Positions 24,210-30,998 of a stretch of 30,998 nt of DNA are shown piece after piece; positions within the stretch are counted from its first letter, which is position 1, and each line of letters starts with the position of its first letter. Source of the stretch: Myxococcota bacterium (GTDB lineage Bacteria > Myxococcota > UBA4151); contig JAYZBQ010000053.1 of NCBI GenBank assembly GCA_036338695.1, forward strand, positions 1-30,998, written 5' to 3'. The translations under genes and the position numbers were made by a program. The notes beneath the pieces were generated by a model. The model was not told the origin of the DNA. It saw only the letters and a list, made by a program, of their open reading frames with translations, and ran no database searches.

Positions 24210-25849
24210 GGGCGCGGCGGGGTCAGAGCCTGGTGCTGGCGGCGGTTGCGTGCCTGGGCTTGGCGTTGGGGGTGCTGGCGACGGTACAGATGGGGCGCGC
24301 TGTTCATCAGCGGATTCACGTCCAGAATGTGGCGGACTCGGCCGCCTATTCGGTCGCCGCTGCGCAGGCGAGAGCCTACAATTTCTGGGCGTTTTCGAAC
24401 CGCGCTCAGATCACGCACTACAACGCGATGATGGGCTTGCAGGCTTACGCCTCCTATCTGCAGTTCATGCCTTACGCCCTCGCGTCGCTCTCGGACACGG
24501 TCTATGAGGCGTCGAGCGTCACCGCGGGCTTTAGCTGTTGCTTCCTAATCCACGGGTGGGGCTGCGGCTGCCGGATCACGCTGAGCGGCCCTCGGGATCT
24601 GATCCCCTCCCTCTGTCGTATCGCCTTGTCGGCGCGCGACGCTATGCGCAACCAGCGGCAGCTTTTTGAACGGATGCACGACGTGGCGGCGACGCTCGAC
24701 CCGCTGCTCGCGAACCTGCGACGAACGCTTGAGGTCGCCAACCGGACCTTGGTGCCAGCCGCCAACGCCGCGATGTTCCAGAGCGCACAGGACTACATCC
24801 AGCAGGGGCGTCGTCGATTGGTCCGGGAGATGGACGACCGCGTAAACGCTGAGCCCGTGGCGCAAGGCATCGACTTTCTGCTCGACCGGATGAATCAGAC
24901 AGCCTTCGCCGCAACGGTTGAGCCGACGGCGATGGCGCTGGCGCCGCGGGCAAACAACGGCGAGGCGAGCCGGCGGATCATGGCGGAGCTCGCCAACGCC
25001 AGTCGCTATGATGAGCTGGTGACCAACCGGCGCGCGCGGGGGCTCTTCCTCGGCCTGCAGAGCAGCCTCTTGATCGGTGGTGAGACCGCCGGACAGACCA
25101 AGCTGATCAGCCAAGGGCGGATCTCGAACAACGCCAGCCATCCGGTGCCTGAGATCACGGGGAACGCCTTTGACGAGTCGATCGCGCCGGTAGGGGACTA
25201 CCTAGCGAGCGAGGACACCTTCCGATACGGTGTACCGACGTGGAACTTTCTGATGGGGGAGTTTCGCTCGACCGGTGACTTCGGCAGCTACGTGGTCGCA
25301 GGTCCAGGGGATCGAAAACTCAAGAAGTGGGATCCTAATCCAAGCTGGCAGACCATCTGCTGGGGGCGCCTCTACGGTATCTCGGCGCGTCGAGGGAACA
25401 ACTACGACGCCGATGAGTCAGGTCCGTCCTTCGACGGCATCGCGCCTTATATGCGGTTTGCCGCACGTGCGACCGCGGAGCAGGATTTTGGGCAGCCGTC
25501 GGTCTACACCTTCGCCAACAAGGCGGCGCGCCATATCGATCGAGACGGCCGGAGCGGACCTGCGCTGGATTTTCGGTTGGACACCGCAGATCGGCAGAAC
25601 GTTCGCTTCAACAGCCGGATCGGCGCCGAGGGGGGGCTGCTCGGGCAGCTGACGGGGGTCAACGCAGTCGCCCGAGCGCTGACCTACTACCATCGACCGG
25701 GTAACTGGGCCGAGCACCCAAATTTCTTCAACCCGTTCTGGCGTGCTAAGCTGGCGCCGATCGGGCAGCGCTTTCTCGGTAACCCGCTGTCCGGGCTGCT
25801 CGGTGGACAGATCGGGACCTTTATGTCCAACAACTTCATGACGCATTGA
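24206..25849 (+). CDS. TadG-like pilin-related protein (Tad N-terminal domain)
   Basis: 'RRG|QSLVL', a TM helix, 'QNVADSAAYS...ARAYNF.AFSNRA' and a C-terminal 'YYHRPGNWAEHPNFFNPFWRAKLAP'. ATGA overlap with the previous gene. Confidence 0.85.
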   Translation: MRARRGQSLVLAAVACLGLALGVLATVQMGRAVHQRIHVQNVADSAAYSVAAAQARAYNFWAFSNRAQITHYNAMMGLQAYASYLQFMPYALASLSDTVYEASSVTAGFSCCFLIHGWGCGCRITLSGPRDLIPSLCRIALSARDAMRNQRQLFERMHDVAATLDPLLANLRRTLEVANRTLVPAANAAMFQSAQDYIQQGRRRLVREMDDRVNAEPVAQGIDFLLDRMNQTAFAATVEPTAMALAPRANNGEASRRIMAELANASRYDELVTNRRARGLFLGLQSSLLIGGETAGQTKLISQGRISNNASHPVPEITGNAFDESIAPVGDYLASEDTFRYGVPTWNFLMGEFRSTGDFGSYVVAGPGDRKLKKWDPNPSWQTICWGRLYGISARRGNNYDADESGPSFDGIAPYMRFAARATAEQDFGQPSVYTFANKAARHIDRDGRSGPALDFRLDTADRQNVRFNSRIGAEGGLLGQLTGVNAVARALTYYHRPGNWAEHPNFFNPFWRAKLAPIGQRFLGNPLSGLLGGQIGTFMSNNFMTH

Positions 25850-26820
25850 CGGACGATCCATTGCCCGCCTCCTCAAGGATACAACATCGGCTCAAGCGAC
25901 GGCGCGGACAGGCGCTCGGCGAGTTCGTCGTGGCTGTACCGATCTTCATCGTGATGCTGTTTTTTGCATGGTATTTCTCAGACCTTGTGCAGGTTCGATT
26001 GGACACGCAGGAGATGGCGCGGCTCGTCGCTTGGGAGCCCACGAATCGCGCCATGAGCGATTTCAACAACGGCGATCACCGCTCAGCCCAGCGAAACGCA
26101 ACGCAGGACGGTGCGCGCATCGTGCGCGCACTGTACCGAGACATGGACCCGACGCGCGAGGACAACCAGATGCCGCGTAAGCTGACCATCGATCGCGCGA
26201 TCGATGAGGTGCGACTCGACCTGAGCGCAGGTCCTGCGGGTAACGATCCGATGATCGGCTCGAGTTTTGAGCAGCAGGGGGTCGTCGAGGGGACGGTCAC
26301 CAACACGGCCGTGGGGATCGATGAGTTCTTTCCTCATAACTTGCTGCTCGGGAGTCATTTCCGGGAGAACCCATTCGCCAAGATGAGGCAGACTTTGCGC
26401 TTTACCGACCGCTACCGTCTCTTGGCTGACTCGTGGCGCCTCCACGACGGTCAAGATGTTGTCCCGGGTGATCGCGATAAGGCGTTCACCAAGCAGGTCG
26501 ACCGGCTCGCCTGGGGCGTGGCGGGCTTCGGCGATGTCGTGCAGGCTTGGCCGGCATTAGGCGCCCAATTGAGCTTGCTGACCGGCTACGATCACGACCC
26601 TTTCGAGACCGTCGTTGCGAGTAAAAACTATTCGGACGGTCCTGACTCCGGCCGGCACGTCGTTGACGTGAGCGGCGGTCAAGACCGTTTCGACACAGCG
26701 CCGATGCGCGTCGACGACGCCGACGGCAGCGGCTCGGCTTACGGCCAGACGCTGAGCGGCCGGTCCAACCACTACCTCGGCTGTCGCACGCTCAAACCGG
26801 AGGCTGAGTGTTTTCGTTGA
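25846..26820 (+). CDS. TadE/F-like minor pilin
   Basis: 'RRRG|QALGEF', a TM helix and 'QEMARLVAWE'. TTGA overlap with the previous gene. Confidence 0.8.
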   Translation: MTDDPLPASSRIQHRLKRRRGQALGEFVVAVPIFIVMLFFAWYFSDLVQVRLDTQEMARLVAWEPTNRAMSDFNNGDHRSAQRNATQDGARIVRALYRDMDPTREDNQMPRKLTIDRAIDEVRLDLSAGPAGNDPMIGSSFEQQGVVEGTVTNTAVGIDEFFPHNLLLGSHFRENPFAKMRQTLRFTDRYRLLADSWRLHDGQDVVPGDRDKAFTKQVDRLAWGVAGFGDVVQAWPALGAQLSLLTGYDHDPFETVVASKNYSDGPDSGRHVVDVSGGQDRFDTAPMRVDDADGSGSAYGQTLSGRSNHYLGCRTLKPEAECFR

Positions 26821-27527
26821 GGGTCTTTAGCTGGGCGGCGCTGGCAGGCGCCGTGATCGCAGCGCCCCTCGTGTGGGCGACGTGGTCGGGCTCTGCGGCG
26901 GCGCCGGCGGTTGCGGCGCATGTTCAAGCGCCGTCGCTCCCTGAGGGGCTCTTTGGCGCATGGGTCGATGCGGGCGTCTCGAGCGATCCGATGGGGCGTC
27001 CGCTCCACCACGGCTTTCGATGGCTCCCGAAAGGGGAGCTTAGGGCAGCCGCTTTTGAGGTCGCGCAGCGTTGGCGTGACCGCTCGCTGCGCCCGACCTA
27101 TCAGAACACCGAGGATGGGGGTTTGTTCTTATCCGCTGTGGATCTCGCCTCTGGTCGACAGGAGAGCTACCTGCTGCAACCTGGGGCGGGTGGCTTGTCG
27201 GTGTGGGTGACCGTCGCCGGCTTGGAGCTTGGCGCCGATCAAGGTGTGCGCGGTCCTGCGACGGGTGGTCAGGGCGAAGCGACCGAGCGCTGGGTGGATC
27301 GTCCGCTCAAACCGGCCGCTCAGGCGAACGCGTCGGCGCTGCTCAAGCAAGGCTGGTCGATGCAGCCGTTGAGCGATGAGCTGCGAGAGCAGATGGAGTC
27401 GAACGGCGCGCTGGTGCGCTATTGGGTGCGCGGGGACAGGACCCTTCAAGAACTGGTCCATGAGGTAGAGGGGCGTACGCAGCTCAAGATGACGACGTTG
27501 CCACGCCAGAGCGAGCTCCAGCCGTGA
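26817..27527 (+). CDS. Hypothetical exported/membrane-anchored protein in the Tad cluster
   Basis: N-terminal hydrophobic segment. An in-frame TTG at 26817 forms a TTGA overlap (alternative GTG 26808), and the stop overlaps the next start. Confidence 0.65.
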   Translation: MRVFSWAALAGAVIAAPLVWATWSGSAAAPAVAAHVQAPSLPEGLFGAWVDAGVSSDPMGRPLHHGFRWLPKGELRAAAFEVAQRWRDRSLRPTYQNTEDGGLFLSAVDLASGRQESYLLQPGAGGLSVWVTVAGLELGADQGVRGPATGGQGEATERWVDRPLKPAAQANASALLKQGWSMQPLSDELREQMESNGALVRYWVRGDRTLQELVHEVEGRTQLKMTTLPRQSELQP

Positions 27528-27700
27528 GACGGTTTTGGCGTGACGAGAGCGGTCAGGCGCTCAGCGAATATGCGATCATCGTCGCCGCGTTTCTCATCGG
27601 TTGTTTCGCCGTCGGGGGGTTTATGCTGCCTCGTTTTGTGTACGCCTGGGATGTCTACCACGACTCATTTTATACGATCCTAAACCTGCCCTTCCCTTAG
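27524..27700 (+). CDS. Flp-like small pilin (58 aa), absent from the ORF track
   Basis: Manual translation MRRFWRDESG|QALSEYAIIVAAFLIGCFAVGGFMLPRFVYAWDVYHDSFYTILNLPFP* shows the Flp G|xxxxEY motif and a TM helix. GTGA overlap with the previous gene. Confidence 0.85.
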   Translation: MRRFWRDESGQALSEYAIIVAAFLIGCFAVGGFMLPRFVYAWDVYHDSFYTILNLPFP

Positions 27701-27705
27701 GCGAA

Positions 27706-29214
27706 TCAGAGCGACTCGAGGTAGGCGATTAGGTCGTCCTTTTGGTCCTCGGAGAGATCGTCACATCCAAAACGGTGACCGGTCGAGCTTTGGCCTGCGC
27801 CGCGCCGTTCGGGCCGCTCCTCGAGGCAAAGCAGCTGACGTAGATTATCGAGGGACCCGTTGTGAAGCAGCCGTGTCCGATAGCGTTGCCCCGCAAGGCG
27901 CGGCGATTTGATGGCGCGCGTCGCCTGATCGCCCGCCGCGTCGAGCCCGCAGCATAGGTTGCCTTGTGGGTCGGGGTTGTAGATGGCGCGCAGGGCGGAG
28001 TCGGTGCCGATCTCCTCAAAGTCAAACAGCCGCCGACCTTCACCGCTTGGACCGTCGTGACAGCCCAGGCAACCAGTTTCACGAAACAGTGTTTCGCCAC
28101 GCGCTGCCTGAGCGCGATCGATCGGGACCAGCGGGGCGGGTGCGCGCAAGCTGTAGAGGTATTGCTCAAGCGGCATCAGCTGCTCGTCGGTCCAGGTCCG
28201 GTTTGAGCCGCTGATCGCCACGAAGCCGTGCAAAAATCCCATGACCGAGCGGCCGATACCGGTCCAGCTCAGCTGCCCATGAGGCATCTCAGCCTGCTCG
28301 AGCTGCGCGGGCGTGGGGAGATTCCATAGATTGAGGATCCTGCTGACCGTCCAGACGCCGTCATCAGCCATGGGCTTCGTTAGGAAATCCATGGTCCCCG
28401 TACGCAGCGACCAGAAGCGGAGCTGCTCTTGTGGGCTCAAGTCCATGACGCCGCTGCTCATCGCGTCGCCAGCTCGGGTCGCCATGTTCAGGCCGAGGCT
28501 GCCGAGCGCGATCATGAAGCCGTCGAGTGAGCGCGCCTGCGCCACATCCTCGGCGAGCTCGAGTCGAATGAGTTCTGGGACCGCCGGATCGTTCGGATTC
28601 ATGCTCAGCTTGATAAGCGCGATCATGGTGCCGAAGAAGCGCCCGTAGTCGAGCTCAAGGTTGGGGTAGCCGACCGCATAGCGACCGTCAGGCATCTGTC
28701 CGAAATGGCAGCTTGCGCATGTGAACGCGTGCGTCTTGATCGAGCCCATGCGCTGGGTGCTCTCGACCAGTCCGATGGGCATCGGCGGCTCGGACCCGGG
28801 CGACGGGACGAAGCCCAAACCTGCAAAGCCCACACCGTAATAGGGCTGAAACCAGCGCTGAAGGAACTCTAGGAGGTGCGTGGGGATCCCGACCGTGCCG
28901 AAGCTCTCGTAGAAGAACATCCACTTGCCACACTGTCTGACGGTGGTCTCGCTGCGGTCACCGCTGCGGTAGCGTTGGCAGGCCGACTCGAGCTGACTGC
29001 GCTCGAGGACACGGCTTAGGTCAAAGTCGACGTCATGGGTGACCGGGTCTCGGAGCGGAGGCCACGGAGCGGGCGCCAACTGCTCGATTGGCTCATCGGT
29101 CTCTGGGGTTGAAGCTTGTGGATCGTCGAGCGGGGTTGAAGCTTGTGGATCGTCGAGCGGAGCGCAGGCACACAGCGCGATCGAAAAAGTGGTTCGGAGT
29201 AGTGTGTTCATCAT
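27706..29214 (-). CDS. Diheme cytochrome c lipoprotein (RoxA/MauG/bacterial CcP-like superfamily)
   Basis: Lipobox-like 'IALCAC', two CxxCH motifs (CASCH, CLGCH), 'LLHNGS' and the ending 'DQKDDLIAYLESL'. Confidence 0.8.
   Translation of the reverse strand: MMNTLLRTTFSIALCACAPLDDPQASTPLDDPQASTPETDEPIEQLAPAPWPPLRDPVTHDVDFDLSRVLERSQLESACQRYRSGDRSETTVRQCGKWMFFYESFGTVGIPTHLLEFLQRWFQPYYGVGFAGLGFVPSPGSEPPMPIGLVESTQRMGSIKTHAFTCASCHFGQMPDGRYAVGYPNLELDYGRFFGTMIALIKLSMNPNDPAVPELIRLELAEDVAQARSLDGFMIALGSLGLNMATRAGDAMSSGVMDLSPQEQLRFWSLRTGTMDFLTKPMADDGVWTVSRILNLWNLPTPAQLEQAEMPHGQLSWTGIGRSVMGFLHGFVAISGSNRTWTDEQLMPLEQYLYSLRAPAPLVPIDRAQAARGETLFRETGCLGCHDGPSGEGRRLFDFEEIGTDSALRAIYNPDPQGNLCCGLDAAGDQATRAIKSPRLAGQRYRTRLLHNGSLDNLRQLLCLEERPERRGAGQSSTGHRFGCDDLSEDQKDDLIAYLESL
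29105..29160. repeat. Perfect 27-bp tandem duplication (PLDDPQAST x2) in the lipoprotein tether
   Basis: ggggttgaagcttgtggatcgtcgagc at 29105-29131 and 29132-29158. Confidence 0.95.
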
Positions 29215-29245
29215 GAGTAGGAAGTACTAAACTACCTACGAGTAG

Positions 29246-29281
29246 ATTATAGGTGGATTGACGTAGCCTGATGCGTCAGGC
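29246..29281 (-). promoter_or_regulatory. Candidate sigma70 -10 (TATAAT) with a palindrome over the -35 zone, upstream of the cytochrome gene
   Basis: attata at 29246-29251 reads TATAAT on the minus strand; gcctga-tgcg-tcaggc lies at 29266-29281. Confidence 0.4.
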
Positions 29282-29347
29282 ACAGCCAAAATCACGCAAT
29301 TTGAACGGTTTTTGCTGATTAATCCGACTGATTCGAGGATATACTGG

Positions 29348-30568
29348 CTAGGAGAGACGGCGCAGCAAGGCGCCGAAAAATCCATCGGCGCCGTGAAGGT
29401 GCGGCATGGTCCGCAGATAGCCTTCGCTGTCGAGCGCATCCGCTTGTTCAGCCGTGAGCGTCGCGCCGATCGGCGAGCGCTCAAAGTCCGGATGACGGCT
29501 TAAGAAATCAGCCACTTGAGCATCGTTCTCCTGCGGTAGAATTGAGCAGGTGGCGTACACTAGATAACCGCCAGGGCGCACGGCGCGGCTGTACTGCTCG
29601 AGAAGAGACCGCTGCAGCGTCACGTACTCCTCCAGCTGCGCGCCCGTGAGGCGCCAGGGCAGGTCGGGCGCCCGCCGTGCGGTGCCGGTCCCCGAACACG
29701 GTGCGTCGATCAGTACGCGGTCAAATGAGCCGATGGCGTGCGCTTGGGATGTCTCCGGCGTCGACCGGATCGTGAGCCGCTCTGCGTGGACAAGGACGCG
29801 GCGTTTGAGCCGAGCGAGCCGCTTTGGGTCGATATCGCTGGCGGTGACGTGCGCGCCGTAATCGAGCAGCGCGAGGGTCTTACCGCCGGCTCCTGCGCAG
29901 GCATCAAGGACCCGGTCGCCCGGCTGCGCCCCCACCAACTCGGCGAGCAGCTGCGAGCCTTCATCTTGGATTTCAAACGCCGCACGAAGCTTTGACGGCA
30001 CGGCGCTCAGCTTAGCCTGCGGGGCACAGATCAAGCCGTGACGTGCGTAGGGGGTTGGCTGGGTCTCGACCTCATATCGGCGCAGTTGCTTTGCGACGAC
30101 GTCACGGGTTTGCGTCGCGCAGCGCAGGGTGGTGGGGGCGCGGCGCCGGAGGGCTTGCCCGAGCGTGAGTGGATCCACCAGGCCGTCACGCAGGCACTCG
30201 TAGACGAGCGGCGGTAGATTACCCTCTTGGAGGGGGTCTCTCTTCTCGACAAATGGCAGCGCAGCCGGTCCATCGGGCCAATCCTGCTCAAGCGCCGTTG
30301 CGAGCCAGAGGCGAGCCGACTCGGGATCGTGGGCACGGTCTGCGAGCAGCGCATCCACAGAGCCGCGGCGGCGAAGTGCGGTAAAGGTAGCCTCAGCGAG
30401 CCGCCGGCGGTCGCGCGAGCCGAGGCGCTCGACGCGCGCGATGGAGGCGACGCAACGGTCGGCAACCTCTCCATCAAATCGAATCCGCAGCCACGCCTCG
30501 AGCAGCCTCGGCGCCAAGAACCGATTGATTCGAAAAGACAGCGGTTGAGAACTGGCGTCTTGGTTCAA
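29348..30568 (-). CDS. RsmB/NOP2/Sun-family RNA m5C methyltransferase
   Basis: 'FEIQDEGSQ', 'VLDACAGAGGKT', 'LIDAPCSGTG', 'LVYATCS..PQEN', 'DGFFGA'. Both catalytic Cys are present. Start codon uncertain. Confidence 0.92.
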   Translation of the reverse strand: MNQDASSQPLSFRINRFLAPRLLEAWLRIRFDGEVADRCVASIARVERLGSRDRRRLAEATFTALRRRGSVDALLADRAHDPESARLWLATALEQDWPDGPAALPFVEKRDPLQEGNLPPLVYECLRDGLVDPLTLGQALRRRAPTTLRCATQTRDVVAKQLRRYEVETQPTPYARHGLICAPQAKLSAVPSKLRAAFEIQDEGSQLLAELVGAQPGDRVLDACAGAGGKTLALLDYGAHVTASDIDPKRLARLKRRVLVHAERLTIRSTPETSQAHAIGSFDRVLIDAPCSGTGTARRAPDLPWRLTGAQLEEYVTLQRSLLEQYSRAVRPGGYLVYATCSILPQENDAQVADFLSRHPDFERSPIGATLTAEQADALDSEGYLRTMPHLHGADGFFGALLRRLS

Positions 30569-30765
30569 ATCAGATAAACCCCTCTACGCATCTTTTGTTG
30601 TTCGGTGTTGGTATACTTTGTATACCCCGCCGCCTAGAACCCTAACCAGCGCCAAGACGTGTCATTAAACAAGCGAAAAACCTCAGGGATTACCCCGCAG
30701 CGCATTTGTTACACGCAGCACCGCCGGTCGAGTTCGCGAACTTCTGATTTATGGGTGATCACCGT

Positions 30766-30998
30766 ATGACCACAGCGAAGAAGAGCGGCGGAGCCAAGCC
30801 CGCTGAAAAAAAATCCAAAGAAAACAAGGCCACGAAGGCCGCCAAACCGGCTGCGAAGAAGGCTGCCGCCAAGCCGGCTGCGAAGAAGGCTGCCGCCAAG
30901 CCGGCTGCGAAGAAGGCTGCCGCCAAGCCGGCTGCGAAGAAGGCTGCCGCCAAGCCGACTGCGAAGAAGGCTGCCGCCAAGCCGGCTGCGAAGAAGGC
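30766..30998 (+). CDS. Lys/Ala/Pro-rich histone-H1-like repeat protein or N-terminal extension, 3'-truncated
   Basis: ATG 30766 (alternative 30751) after GGGTGA; reads MTTAKKSGGAKPAEKKSKENKATKA(AKPAAKKAA)n and stays open to the window end. Confidence 0.75.
   Translation, partial: MTTAKKSGGAKPAEKKSKENKATKAAKPAAKKAAAKPAAKKAAAKPAAKKAAAKPAAKKAAAKPTAKKAAAKPAAKK
30841..30998 (+). repeat. 27-bp tandem repeat, at least 5.8 copies (AKPAAKKAA)
   Basis: Unit gccaagccggctgcgaagaaggctgcc starts at 30841, 30868, 30895, 30922, 30949 and 30976 (partial). Only two single-nucleotide variants are seen. Confidence 0.97.

Noticed and set aside
30759..30980. Minus-strand 73-aa hydrophobic repeat ORF (AAFFAAGLA)n
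   Set aside because: It is the antisense of the Lys/Ala/Pro repeat gene, which has the plausible start and a known composition type.

Overview
GC-rich bacterial chromosomal segment, most likely from a Myxococcota/deltaproteobacterial lineage. That assignment is an inference from the Myxococcus-type cysteine-rich repeat proteins, the Tad pilin cluster and the IF3 C-terminal tail. The left third is a translation core: a partial PilZ gene, an Rsm22-like methyltransferase, thrS-infC-rpmI-rplT-pheS-pheT-ihfA-MerR and purA. Directly after purA comes an unusual ParA/Soj ATPase with two N-terminal 4-Cys zinc-finger (TRASH/FCS-like) modules, coupled to a small RHH-like partner. A minus-strand block encodes a membrane GAF histidine kinase, an NtrC-type regulator with a degenerate AAA+ domain (Walker A K->H, GAFTGA->DAVSGA, R-finger->A), a probable outer-membrane protein whose RBS sits in a stem, and a tandem cNMP-domain protein. 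Next are two tandem paralogous DUF4215 repeat surface proteins with different C-terminal tips, xerC, and a translationally coupled Tad minor-pilin cluster that includes a 58-aa Flp-like pilin missing from the ORF track. The window ends with a diheme cytochrome c lipoprotein, an RsmB/NOP2 methyltransferase and the start of a histone-H1-like AKP-repeat protein. No rRNA, tRNA, CRISPR array or transposase was recognised.
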